Positions 38,398 through 51,000 of a stretch of DNA of 64,000 nucleotides are shown piece after piece. Position 1 is the first letter of the stretch. Each line of letters begins with the position of its first letter. The notes beneath the pieces were generated by a model that saw only the letters and a program-made list of their open reading frames with translations, was not told the origin of the DNA and did no database searches. The stretch is from Alphaproteobacteria bacterium (lineage in GTDB: Bacteria > Pseudomonadota > Alphaproteobacteria > SHVV01): the NCBI GenBank assembly GCA_965261735.1, contig OZ253470.1, forward strand, positions 576,001-640,000. Reading direction: 5' to 3'. The translations under genes and the position numbers were made by a program.

Positions 38398-38959
38398 GGT
38401 CGTCTCCTCAGGTCTCCTGCCCGTGGCCGCCGCCGGGCGGGCGCCCGGATCGCTCGGCGGTCCGGACGCGATTGAACCCAAGGAAGACGCCCGGGAGGGA
38501 GGACGAATCCGGCCTACCCCTGAATCCGTCCGCCTCTTTGCCGACAGACGGCGCCAGACGACGACACACATGCCCGGCGGACGCCGGCCCCCGGGCTTCG
38601 GAAACGCAGGAGAAGTGCGGCAATCGCCGCGCGGCCGCCCGCCCGGCGCCCCCGCCAACCCGAATCGCCCAATGCCGAATCGCCACGGCAGCCAGGCCAC
38701 GCCCCGGGCGCACCGTCCGGTCGGCGCGGGGCAAGGGGAACGGTGTCAATTGCGACTGAAAATTTCCCACTTTTGTCGATCGAAATATTTCTCACTTTGA
38801 GCGTTCGGTCGTACCCCCAGACGCGGTGTTTGGGGTGTCGGACTTGGTCGAGCTGTAGGTAACCGGGTTGGCGCAGCGACCGCCAAGAGTCTGGCGGCGA
38901 CAACCCGGTTATCCACAACGGGCGGGTGTCACCGCTCCTGTCTCCGTTTGAGCCGGCGA

Positions 38960-39757
38960 TCACGCGGCGGCTCTTTTCCTGCGTCGATCCGAGCCGGACT
39001 GCAGCAGGTTCTGATGCTCCTTCATCCGGTAGCTGTTGCCCCGGATGTTGACGATGTGGCAGTGGTGCACAAGGCGGTCGATGAGAGCCGCCGCCATGAC
39101 CTCGTCGCCGAGCACGCCACCCCAGTCCTCGAAACCCTTGTTCGACGTCAGCACAGTCGACGCCCTCTCGTGCCGGGCGTTGATGAGCTGGAAGAAGAGC
39201 ACGGCGCCGTCCTGGTTGACCGGCAGGTAGCCGATCTCGTCGACCACCAGCAGGGCCGGATGGGTGAGCACGCGCAGCCGCCGGGTCAGATTGCCGGCGG
39301 CCTTGGCCTCGGTGAGGGACTCGATCAGCGCCGCGAGCGTGCCGTAGTAGACGCGCCGGCCGGCCTCGGCCGCCGCGATCGCGAGGCTGATCGCCAAGTG
39401 CGTTTTCCCGACGCCTGGTGGGCCGAGCAGGATCACGTTCTCGCCGCGGTCCAGGAAGCCGAGCTCGTGCAAGCTCTCGATCTGCTCGCGCTTGATGCTG
39501 GGCTGGAAGGCGAAGTCGAACTGATCGAGCGTCTTCACAGCCGGCAGCCGCGAAGAGCGCATGGCGGTCTGGAGACGGCGGTTGTTGCGCAGCACGATCT
39601 GGGCGTTCAGCAACTGCTCGATGGCCTCGGCCGCCGAGATCGTGCCGCCGTCGGCGTCCGAGAGGATGCCGTCGACGGCCTCCAGCGCGCCCGGCATCTT
39701 GAGGTCCGCCAGCATTGCCCGCAGCCGGTCGCGCCGGGCCGGCGCCGGAGCGTTCAT
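38960..39757 (-). CDS. istB: IS21 helper ATPase IstB
   Basis: GPPGVGKTHLA, VDEIGY, LTSNK, DRLVHH. Confidence 0.96.
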   Translation of the reverse strand: MNAPAPARRDRLRAMLADLKMPGALEAVDGILSDADGGTISAAEAIEQLLNAQIVLRNNRRLQTAMRSSRLPAVKTLDQFDFAFQPSIKREQIESLHELGFLDRGENVILLGPPGVGKTHLAISLAIAAAEAGRRVYYGTLAALIESLTEAKAAGNLTRRLRVLTHPALLVVDEIGYLPVNQDGAVLFFQLINARHERASTVLTSNKGFEDWGGVLGDEVMAAALIDRLVHHCHIVNIRGNSYRMKEHQNLLQSGSDRRRKRAAA

Positions 39758-40776
39758 TGCAGCGCCTCCGCATAGACACTAAGCGGTCGCTGCTCGACCT
39801 TCACGGTTGCCGGCAGTCGCCGCGGCGCGGGCTCCGGAGCATGCCGGACGCCGAGACGTCGATAGGGATGGTTCGCCAAGGGGAGAAGCACCGCTCGCTC
39901 GTCGCGCTCGAAGCGGTCGACAGGACGCTCCCCGGTCGTGGCATGCCGGCGGACGTTGGCTGTGCCCTCCAGCCAGCGCACGGCCTGCTCGTTGAGATCG
40001 TTGTCATTCGCAAACGAGCGGCCGTAGAAGAAGCTCTCGCGGATGTAGCGGATCGGGCGCTCCACTTTGCCCTTGGTCTGGGCCCGATAGGGTCGGCACG
40101 AGCGCGGCATGAACCCCCAGTGCGCGGCGAACCGCAGAAACTCCTCGTTCAGCACCAGGCCGCCGCCGGCCCCGCGGTCGTCGGACAGCACCACGGCGCG
40201 CATCTGGTCGAACAGCAGCTCCTCCGGAACCCCGCCGAACCGGTCGAAGGCGCTCTCCAGACCTTCCATCAGGACCGGCATGGTCTGCCGAGTATAGAAG
40301 TGCAGCCACAGCAGCCGGGAGTAGCCGAGGACGATCACCAGGGCATGGCGCCGGCCCCAGGGCAGCGTGAACGTACCGAAGTCCACCTGGCCCTGACGCC
40401 CCGCCGGCGTCTCGAACCGGACCAGCGATTCAACCGGTTCGCGCGGTCGCGTCGCCCGCACGTAGTCGTTCACGCGAGAGTAGCAGCCCGGGTAGTCCGC
40501 AGCGCGGACCTCATCGAAAAGCCGCTTCGCCGACAGCTTCGGGAACGCCTCAAGACGGGCGTCGATGATCGCCTTGTAGGGGTCCAGCTTGTGGGCCACC
40601 GGCGGACGGGGCGAATACCCTCGCGCACCGGCCGCCAGATCCCGGTCCAGTTGGCCGGTATCGACCCAATTGTGGATCGTCCGACGGTTCACCCCGAACC
40701 GCCTCGACAGCTCCGCCTTCGAGACACCCCGGTCCAGATAGTGCTTCAACAACATCCTGGTCTCCCATTTGTACAT
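39754..40776 (-). CDS. istA: IS21 DDE transposase IstA
   Basis: RFETPAG, QVDFG, FDQMR, TKGKVER; ATGA overlap with istB. Confidence 0.96.
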   Translation of the reverse strand: MYKWETRMLLKHYLDRGVSKAELSRRFGVNRRTIHNWVDTGQLDRDLAAGARGYSPRPPVAHKLDPYKAIIDARLEAFPKLSAKRLFDEVRAADYPGCYSRVNDYVRATRPREPVESLVRFETPAGRQGQVDFGTFTLPWGRRHALVIVLGYSRLLWLHFYTRQTMPVLMEGLESAFDRFGGVPEELLFDQMRAVVLSDDRGAGGGLVLNEEFLRFAAHWGFMPRSCRPYRAQTKGKVERPIRYIRESFFYGRSFANDNDLNEQAVRWLEGTANVRRHATTGERPVDRFERDERAVLLPLANHPYRRLGVRHAPEPAPRRLPATVKVEQRPLSVYAEALQ

Positions 40777-41254
40777 CCGCGCACCGATCCCGCTCTGTTG
40801 GCAAAGCCAACAGAGCGGCCCGGGACGCCTTCAGCGACAAGCCCAAAGTGAGAAATTTTGGGTCGTTACAAATGGGAAATTTACGGTCGCTACCAACAAA
40901 CGGGCGCCAGGCGCGGCGCCGCCGCGTGAGAGGATGGGTGAATGGGTGCTATCCGGTGAGAACCGGTGACCGCGCCGGCCGGGAATCGCCGGCTGTATCG
41001 GCGAGACTCCGTTGGCGGGATCGCCCACGCATCCTCGCGCGCCGCCCCGGCGCCCGCCGGGGTCACGGCCCTGCGCACGCCGCAGGCCGGCCGGAACTCC
41101 CGGGCGGCGCACCGGATGCATCGGTCGCCGGTCTTCGACGAGCGGGATCTCGCGGGCCGTGCCGGGCCTGCCGGACGCGCCGGGGGGGTTGCAGGTAAGG
41201 GGGCCGCCGGGACGGATGCCGGCGACAGGGCGCCCTAGGACCGGGCGGCGCGCT

Positions 41255-41979
41255 CTACCATTGCGCGGCGAGCTTCAGATAGCCGCCCTCCATGAGATCG
41301 CGGGCGCGGTAGATGCGCCGGCGCACCGTGCCGCGCAGCGGACAGCCCCGGTACCACTCATCGGCGACCTTGTCGGCGCCCCAGATCTCCGCCGCGATCT
41401 CGCGCGCCTCCTTCCCGGCCTTGTCCCCGTCAAGCGCTATCAGAAGTTCCCTGTCCCCGTCCCCCGGCCCGCAAGAGGGGCCGGACCGCCGACCAGCCTC
41501 CACAGCTCGCGCGCACGGCCGTTGTGGCGCGGCCAGTCGGGCCCGAAGCTCAGGCTGGGAACGAAGCTCCCGCCATGCGGGTCGAACCCGTCGCCGTCGG
41601 CGAAGCGCAGCTGCCTCGCGCGCCCGGCGCGCTCGACCTTGAGGATCAGCGCGCCGTCGGCGAGCCTGAGCCCCGAGAGCGCCGCGCCGCTCGCGCGCGC
41701 CATCTCCGCCAGGCCGGGTCCGTCCGCCGGCGCCGGCGCCACCTCGATCATCGGCGCCACCGCCCAGATCGGCGAGCACGGCCCGTTTGCGGCGAGCGGG
41801 TCCTCCCAGCCCAGAAGCCCCCAGGGGCCCGCCTCGAGGTCGGCCCCGGTCTGCCGTCGGATCGGAAAGGGCGCGTCCAGGAACGCCGGCGCGGGGTCGC
41901 TCAGCGCCCGGCACGCCTCCGCGTAGGGGTCATTGCGCTTCAGGAACTGCCATCCGCGCGCACCGCCGCCCGTCGCCAT
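41255..41979 (-). pseudogene. FseA-like activator (DUF6499 + DUF2285-like) split by a -1 frame change near 41445-41470
   Basis: Frame A has GWQFLKRN and WGLLGWEDP. Frame B has ALDG..AREIAAEIWG..W..LRGTVRRRIYRARDLMEGGYLKL. Confidence 0.75.
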
Positions 41980-42027
41980 GCCGCCACCAAGACCCCCGCC
42001 CGGATGCCGCACCGCCGCCCGCCGCGG

Positions 42028-45000
42028 TTACCAGCGGATGACGCCGCGGAGCGCGATGCCGTGCTCGGCGTCGTCGTTGGCGGCCTCGCTGCGGGTGCCT
42101 TCGAGGTTGATCTCGAAGCCGGGATCGCCGCGCCGCGCCGAGGTCAGGCGCCAGCCGAGCCGGTAGTCGCGCCCGGTCTCCGTGAGCCCGACGCCGAGAT
42201 GCGGCGTGCCGGTGAAGCCGCCGTCGAACATCGCGATGCCGTAGCCCAGCTCCGCCTCCAGACGGCCCGCGCTTGCGGTCGTGTCGCCGTTGTCGTTGGC
42301 GGCGAGGCCGGCCAGGGTCTCGCGGCCCAGCAGCGCCTCCATGCCGCCGGTCGGCGAGCCGCCCCAGGACTGGCGCAGCGTCAGCGCGAGCCCCCGGTCG
42401 GTCGACGGCCGCGGGTCCCAGGCGAGGGAGGCGCTCGCGCCCCATTCGCGGAAGCCCGGCGCCTCGTGCGCAACCAGCCCGCGCGCCTTCAGGTCGAGCG
42501 CGATACCCTGCTTCGGCGCCGCGAAGGCGAGCCCGCCGCCGAGGTCGACACCAAGGCCGGTCTCGGCGTCGCCGCCGTCCAGCCGCACGCCGATCTCGAA
42601 TGACGGCGTCAGCACCATCCCCGCGCCATCGCCGCCGGGCGCAAAGCGCCGCGAGCCCTCGATCCCGGTGCGCACCAGCCACACGTCGGCGGTCGCCGCC
42701 GCGAGGTTGCCGCCCTTGGCGTCCTTCGTTGCCTCCGACGCGGTGCGGGTGAAGCGCGCATCGCCCTTCAGCGCCAGCGCCAGCCCGCCCTCCGGCGGTG
42801 GCGTCAGCACCTCGCCCCGCATCCCGGCCGCGCCCATGGCCATCGTGAGGTCGGCCGTGAAGGGACTCTCGCCCCCGGGCGTCAGCTTGAGCTCGCCCGC
42901 GCCATAGCCGGCCGCCGCCCAGGCCGAGAGCCGGTCGGTCAGCCTCAGCCCGGCATAGGGCCAGACACCGGTCAGCGTCGCCTCGACCTCGCCCGAGCAG
43001 CGGCTGGGCCCGCGGTAGCCGTCGGCGTTGGTGTCGGTGGCGGTTGGGTCGCAGTTTCCGCCCTCGCGGTAGCCGCCCGTGCCGCGGGCATGGCCGATCG
43101 CCAGCCCCGCCGTCCAGCGCTCTGCCGCCCAGTCCGCGCCCATCAGCCCCGTGGTGACCTCGCCGTCGAGCGTGAGGTCGCCCTCGCGGCCGTCGAAGCG
43201 CGAGATCGCGCCCCGGCCCCACAGCGCGGCATAGCCGCCGGCCTCGGCCGAGCCGCCGGTCAGCGCGAACGACGTCCCGGTCAGGAAGTCGCGCCCGGTC
43301 AGCGCCCGCGACTGCACGAGGTCCGCGCGTTCCGGACCCTCGCCCGGAGCACGCCATTCGCCATCGGCCCCGGCATGCGCCATCCAGTCCCGGATCGCCG
43401 TCATCGCCTCCCGGTCCGAAGCGTCGGCGTTGTCGTCGGCAGCCGCCTTCGCGGTGTCGTTGGCGCCGTCCCAGGACGGCAGCGCCTGGCCCGCCAGCGT
43501 CGCCCGCGCGCCCGCCGTGCGCGGTGCCGTGAGCCGCGCCTCCACCGCCTCCAGCACCTGGTCCGTCACCGTGCGCCCGAAGCGCGCCAGCCACGCCGCC
43601 GGTATCAGGTCCGTGTTCTCGATGGTGCCCGTCGCGACCCCGTCCGCGATCACCGCACCCGTCGCCGCCGAGAGCCGCAGCGTCAGCGTCTCCTCGCCCT
43701 CGTCATGGGCGTCGTCGAGCACCGGCACCGAGACCGTCTTCGCCGTCTCGCCCGCGGCGAAGGTCAGCGTCCCGCTCGTGGCCGTGTAGTCCGAGCCCGC
43801 CGTCGCGCTGCCGTCGGCCGTCGCATAGGCCACCGCCACCGGCGCGCGCGACGCCCGGCTCAAGGTCACCGCAAAGTCCAGCGTCGCGTCCGACGCCTCG
43901 CGCACCCGCGCATCCGCCACCGAGAGCGCCACCGGTCCCAGCACCGTCGTCGAGATCGTCGCCGACAGTGCCCGCCCGTCGCCGGTGCACACCGCCCCGG
44001 CGGTGCCGCAGGCGCGCCCGCCCGCGAGCGTCACCCTCACGTCGCCAAGCGAACCCGGCTTGACCGTCACCTCCCACAGGTCGTGGCGACCGTCCACCCG
44101 CTTCGCCTTCTTCACGCTCCCCCCGGACACCGACAACGCCTGGTCGCGGAACCTCCGGAAGCCGATCGAGATGTCCTCGCTGAACGCGATCCTGAGCTTG
44201 AACGCCGTCTTCCCGTCATGCTCATGGGGCGCCTCCACGAAGCTCGCCGTCAGCGGCACGACCACCGGTTCGACCGCGGGGCCGGCCACCGTCGCCGCCG
44301 GCGTGTTGGCGAGCTGCCGCCGGTCCCCGTCCCGGGTGCAGATCGCCCCGGAGACCGCGCACTCGCGCCCCGCCGCCAGCGTGACCGTCACATCGCCCTC
44401 GCCGTCGGGCTCGACCGTGATCCGCCACAGGTCGTGGCGCCGGTCCACCCGGCGCGCCCCGGTCACGGCGCCCCCGTCCACCGTGAACGCATCGTCGCGC
44501 ATCGACCGGAAGCCGATCCCGATCTCTTCGCTGAACGCCATCCGGAAGTGGAATTCTTCCTCGCCGTCATGCGCCTCAGGCAGGCCCTCGAATGCCGCCG
44601 TCAGCGGCACCGGGTCCGGACCCTCGACCGTCGTCGCGATCCCTTCCGACAGCGAACGCCCGTCCTCCGTGCAGATCGCCCCCGGCTCGTCGCACGGACG
44701 CCCCCCCTCGATCCGCATCGTCAGGTCGTCGTCCGAGCCCGGCTCGATCTCGAACTCCCACACGCGCTCGCCGTCTTCCTGTCCGCCACTCGAACGGCCC
44801 GCCGCACCTCCGCCCGGCCGGTTGTCCACCTGGCGCACCGACGTCACCCGGCCGCCCTCGACCTTCACTCCGTGCTCGCCGACATTCTCCGGGCTCTCCT
44901 CGATCGCCTCGCTGAACGCCACCCGAACCTTGACCCGGCCCGAGCCGTCGTGGTGCTCCGGCGGCGACACGAACCGCGCCTTCAGCGGATCGTCCGAGCG

Positions 45001-48000
45001 GCCGGCGCCGCTCTCCAGCACCAGCACCGTCGCCGTCGGCAGCGGGTAGGCCTCGAAGTCGTAGTTCGACTGCTCGTTGCCCTCCGAATCCGTCGTCGTG
45101 CCCGATGCGTCGTGGGCGAGCTCCGCCGTTCCGGACGCTGAGAACACGACGACCACCGTCACCGTCTGGCGCCGGAACCAGTTCTCCTTGGTAAACCGCA
45201 GCGCCGCCGGCGTCGCGACCACCCCGGCCGTGTCGGAACTCACCTCTATCGTCAACGGGTTGTCGGCGGTGATCCTGAAGTCTGGCGCCGCCATCAGGCG
45301 CACCGGATAGGTCACGCTGTCCCCCGCCGCGACCTCCAGGGTCACCTCGCCCTCGCCGCCCGCCACCTGGAGCTTATGGCGGCCCACCTGGTCTATTCGC
45401 AGATTCGTCAGATTCGGCAGCGCCTCGAACTCGTCGTAGGGCAACGAGCTCAGCGACGGGTTCTTCTGTAGTTCCAGTGTCTTCAGAGAGTGCAGGTCAG
45501 CGAACACCCCGGCCGGCAGCGAACGAAGCCGGTTCCTGTCCAGCTCCAGCGTTTCCAGCGCCGCCAGCCCGTCGAACACCCCGGCCGGCAGCGAGCGAAG
45601 CCTGGTGTCCCTCAAGGACAGCCGCTCGAGGTTCACCAGCCCCTCGAAGTCGCCGCTCCGCAGGCTGATCGTGAACGCCGAATCCGTGCTCGGGTTGCGG
45701 CCCAGGTCGAGCGACTTCAGTTGCGCCAGATGCGTCTCGTTCACGTCGCCGCAGCGGCCCTCGAAGCTATGCCGGTGCTTCAGCAGCTCCAGGATGCGGC
45801 CGCGGACGTACACCGTGCGGTTGCAGATGCTGCTGATGCTGACCAGGTCGTTGTCGAGAATGGTCAGGGTCACGTCGCCGGGGTCCGTCACGCCCTCGAT
45901 GGACGCCGAGCCGGACACCGTCACCACCTGGTTCGACTCGGGGTCGCCGTCGTCGACCGGCGCGATCGTCACCGTCCCGCTGCTCGCGGTCGCGTTCGCG
46001 GCGAAGCGCAGCGCCCGGTTCGTACTCAGCTCGAAGTCGTCGTCCGTCGCCGGGGCCACCGGACTCGCCGACACCGTCACCGTGAAGGCGGTCGCCGAGG
46101 CCGGCGACACCGTCGCCGTCACCGTGACGGCGCCCGCGTCCTCCTCGACCTCGCCGTCCGCGTCGCCCAGATGCAGCGTCACCTCCGGCGGCTCGTCCGG
46201 CTCGACCGCGGACAGCGAGCCGTCCACCTTGTGGCCGGACTGCTGGCCGAGCGCGGCATGGGTGAGGTCCGCCTCCACGTCCGTGGTCTCGCGCGTGATC
46301 GTGCCGTTCTGGGGGTCCCCGTTGCGGTTGCCGACCAGCGTCCGGTCCTGGTCCCCGATCCAGATGCCGTTGTCGTCCTCGTCGGCGGCCAGCACGGTGT
46401 AGCCGAACACCAGCGTCGCCGTGCCCGACCCGCGCACCAGCGGCGCGCGCTTGCGGCCGGCCACGGACAGCACGAAGTCCGTGCCGGTCGTGGCGGTCAC
46501 CGCCTCGCTGAACGTCACCGAGACCTCGATCGTCTCGCCCGCCCCGTAGGTGTCCGTCGCCGCCGCCGGGGTGGAGGTCACCGCCACATCGTCGATCGTC
46601 GGCGCCGTGGCCGCCGTGGCCCGCGTCACCGTCACCGTGTAGGTCTCGGTGGTGATGGTGTCCGCAGCCGTCACCTTCACCTTGATGACGTTCTCGCCCT
46701 CAGCCAGCGTCACCTGGTGGCCGTTCACCCCGGTGTCCGCATCGTCGAGCGTCGCGTCGTCCCCGTCCAGATAGTCGATCATCGCGCCGGTGTCGTTCTT
46801 CGTCGCCGTCACCGTCACCTCGGTGACGGTGCTCGCCACCATCGCCGTGTAGGTGGTGGTGCCCGACACGAAGGTCACCAGGTCCGACCCGCCGCCGGTC
46901 ACCGTCAGCCCGCTCAGCGTCGCGTCCGACGACTGGGTCCCGGTGACGGTGGCGTCGTCGGGGTCGGAGGGCTCCGACGTGCCCGCGGCGTTGATCGCCG
47001 ACACCCGGTAGTGCCGCGTGTCGCCGACCGCCAGCCCGGTATGCGAATAGCTCGTGTCGGCGGTGTCGGTGTCGGCGACGCGGTCGCTCCAGCTCCCCGC
47101 GCTGCCGTCCGTCGAGACCTCGATCCTGTAGCCGGTCACCGCGCGCCCGCCGTCCGATGCCGGCGCGGTCCAGGCGAGGTCGATCTGCGTGCCGCTCGCC
47201 GTCGCCCTCAGCCCGGTCGGCGTGCCCGGCGCGGTGGCCCGCACCAGGCGCACCTCGACCGTGTCGCCGTGCGACCAGCCGGGGTTATTGACGCCGTCGA
47301 GCCTCAGGGTAGGGAGCACGGGGTCGTCGATCTCGAAGGTAACCGGGCCGAGATGCAGGTTGAAAAACCCGGTGCCGAGACTGGTGTCTAGAAGGAACAC
47401 CATTGACGTGACGCTCCCCCGGTAATAGAGCCCATCAACCTTGACGGTGGTCCCGTCGCCGGGGTCGAAGGTGGTCGGGGTGAGCGCGCCGAATGGAGTG
47501 CCTTCAATCAGGGCACGGTAGCCAATTAAAGTGTTTAGCGCCTCCGCCGTCATCTCTGCGCTCCACAGGACGGTCCCGTGGATGGTGGCCGGCACGGCGT
47601 GGTGGGCGGCGGTCCCGGTGGTGGCGCTGTCGGGCGCCGAGGCGGGCGACGTGCCGTTCACGTTGATCGCCGAGACCCGGTAGTGCCGGGTGTCGCCGCT
47701 GGACAGCCCGGAGTGGCGGTAGTCGGTGTTCGTGGACTCGGTGTCGGCGACGCGGTTGCTCCAGCTCCCCGTGCTGCCGTCCGTCGAGACCTCGATCTTG
47801 TAGCCGGTGATGGCGGAGCCGCCATTGTTGTCGGGCGCGGTCCAGGCGAGGTCGATGGCGGTCGCGCCGAACGCGGTCGCCGTGAGCGCCGTGGGCGCGC
47901 CCGGGGCCGCCACCGCCGTGGAATTGTTCACCACCGCGGGAACGCCGTCCTCGCCGGTGGTGAAGGAGGCGGCGTCGTTTCCGGCGGCGTCCTGGATGGC

Positions 48001-51000
48001 GGACGCGTCGTCGCCGGAGGTCGGGTCGGTGTAGATAACGGTGACGGTCTGACCCTGGTATATGAGGCGATCCAAGCTTTGCAACTGGACCCGATCCGGA
48101 GTGGCGCTCGTGATCGCAACGCTGCCCACCACGATGGACGCGCCGTCGGCGCTGACCGAGAAGGCGCTCGCGGGTGGCCTCGCTGCCGCCGACGTGTCCA
48201 GGTTCTCGCTAAAATTCAGTACGATTTCGTCGCCGGCGATGGCCGCGGTCGCACTGCTGGGCGTCGGCGGGGTGATGTCCACCTCGGAGTTGTTGACGAC
48301 CGCCGCGACGCTCTTTTCTCCGGTGGTGAAGTTGGCGACCAGTTTATTGCTGGTGGACCCGATGGCTTCGCTGCCGGCGTCGGACCGGTCGTAGCTGACG
48401 ATGACCGCCAGATTTTCCACGATCGGGTCCGACATCGTGAGTGTCGCGGTAATCCCGGAAACGGCGAAGTCCGTGGTCTGGCTCTCCGTGCCGTCGACGG
48501 TCACGGTGAACGCGCCTCGAATCACGGACGAGAAGGCCGTCGGGAAATCAAGATCGGCGCTGAACGTCAGCACGACGGTGGCTCCGTCCGCCGGCACCGC
48601 CGCCGCGCTCAGCTTGGGCAGCGTGACCAGCGAGTTGTTAATAACGGAGACGTTGGAGAAGGAACTCGCGTCGACCCCGTCGATGTTCTGGATCGCGTTG
48701 ATGTCGTTGCCGGTGGTGGGGTCTCTGTACGCCAGCCTGACGGTCTCATTGTCCCCGATCAGGGGGGAGAGACCGCGCAGTTCTATGGAGTCGCTTGAGA
48801 CGTGGTGTACGCTGCCGACAGTCACGGGCGATCCGCCGGCGGTGACGGTAAACGCGCTGGTCGGCGGAAGCATGGTGCTGACGTCCTCGCTGAAAGACAT
48901 ATATAACCTGGCGCCGTCGTTGCGAACCTGAGCGGTCTCGCGCGTGGGCCGCGGCGTCGTCAGGCTGCCGTTCACCTTGTGGCCGGACTGCTCGCCGCGC
49001 TGGCTATGGGTGAGGTCCGCCGCCACGCCCGTGGCCACGCTCGTGATCGTGCCGTTCTGGGGATCCCCGTTGCGGTTGCCGACCAGCGTCCGGCTCTGGT
49101 CCCCGATCCAGATGCCGTCGTCGTCGCTGTCCCCGGCCAGCACGGTGTAGCCGAACACCAGCGTCGCCGTGCCCGACCCGCGCACCAGCGGCGCGCGCTT
49201 GGCCCCGGCGACGGACAGCACGAAGTCCGTGCCGGTCGTGGCGGTCACCGCCTCGCTGAAGGTCACCGTGACCTCGATCGTCTCGCCCTCCCCGTAGGTG
49301 TCCGTCGCCGCCCGCGGGGTGGAGGTCACCGCCACCTCGGTAATCGTGGCCTGCGCCACCGCCGAATTGTTGTCCACCGCGGGCACCCCGTCCTCGCCGG
49401 TGGTGAAGGAGGCGACGGGCAGGGCTTCCGCGTCGTTCGTTGTTAGGCCGACGCTGTCCACGGGCTTCGCGTAGCTGAGGACCACCGCCTGGCCCGTGGC
49501 GATCGGCGACGGGAGAAGGAACCCGATGCTCTGGTCGCCGCCCCCGAACTGGAGGTTGCCCACGCCGTGTCCGACCCCGTCGACCGTGAGCGAGAACAGA
49601 GCCGCGAACCCAAGCGGGTTGTTGATCTGCTTGTCGAACTCGATGTTGAGGACAGTGCCGGACGCGTTCACCGTCGCGCTCGTGACCGTGGCCGGCGCCA
49701 CCGTCGAATTGTTGTCGACCGCGGGCACCCCGCTCGCGCCGGTGGTGAAGTCGACGACCTCGTTGCCGTCGGCGTCGTCGAGGGCATTCGTGCCGGCGGC
49801 GGACCGGTCGTAGCTGACGACGACGGCCTGGTCCTTCGCGATCTTGGACGACAGGTTGATCTGCAGGCCGCTGCTGCCGTCCTTCGCGAGGCCCGAAATC
49901 TCCACCGTGTCGCCGTCGGCGGTGACCGAGAAGGCATCCTTGAGCGCCGCCGGGATGGTCGCCGGAAGGTCGAGGTCCTCGCCGAAAGCGAGTACGATGG
50001 CATCGCCGGACGACGTCACCGTCGCGCCGGTGAGCTCGGGCGGGCTGGTGTCCACCTCGGAGTTGTTGACGACCGCCGGGACGCTGTTTTCTCCGGTGGT
50101 GAAGTTGGCGACCAATATCTTCCTGCCGGTCCCGAGGGCTTCGCGGCCGGCGGCGGACCGGTCGTAGCTGACGATGACCGCCCGATTTTCCCCGATCGTG
50201 TCCGACATCGTGAGTGTCGCGGTGGCCCCGGAAACGGCGAAGTCCGTGGTCTGCCTCTCCGTGCCGCCGACGGTCACGGTTAACGCATTTCGAATCGCGG
50301 ACGAGTAGGCCGGCTGGAAAATAAGAAGAGTCCGGTCGAACGTCAGCGCGACGGTGGCTCCGTCCGCCGGCACCGCGGCCGCGCTCAGCGTGGGCACCGT
50401 GACCACCGAATCGTTAACAACGACGTTGGAGAAGGAACTCGCGTCGGTCCCGCCGGTGTCCTGGATCGCGTTGGTGTCATCGCCGGTGGTGGGGTCGGTG
50501 TACTCCAACGTGACGGTCTGACCCTGTGCGATCACGGGGGAGAAATCGGTCAGATCCAGGCCCCGGAGGTTTGTCTGCAAGCTTATGCTGCCGATAGTCA
50601 CGGGCGATCCGGCGGCGGTGAGGGTAAACGCGCTGGTCGGCGGCAAGATGTCGCTGAGATCCTCGTTGACAAATAACCAGAGCGTGTTGCCGTCTCCGCG
50701 AACATTAAAGGCCGTGGGCGTGGGCCGGCCGGTGATCGCCTTGAGGGAGAGGCTGACGTCGGTGCCGGCAGACCAGCTGAGGCCGGTATTGGCCCAACCA
50801 ACGGACCGGTCGGTCGACGAAACCGTCCCGTTCGCCCAAACGAACTCGTCGGTGCCTACGACCAGTGTGAGATCGCTCACGGCCTCCGGCGGGATTGTCT
50901 TGTTCAGGGCGATGTGAAGGTCGCGGGTGCTGCCGCCTCTTGGCTGGGTGAATATTTCGTCGATGGTGTAATCGATACCGTCATGGGTAAAGGTACGGTC

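Larger units (their letters stand above)
38744..40898 (-). mobile_element. IS21-family insertion sequence
   Basis: TGT...ACA ends, long imperfect terminal IRs with internal AAATTTC(C/T)CA repeats, 5-bp target duplication AACGG (38739-38743 and 40899-40903). Confidence 0.95.

Noticed and set aside
14968-38800. Many long + strand and alternate-frame ORFs over the tra region
   Set aside because: Shadow ORFs of high-GC genes; the minus-strand tra frames carry the recognisable motifs and coupled starts and stops.
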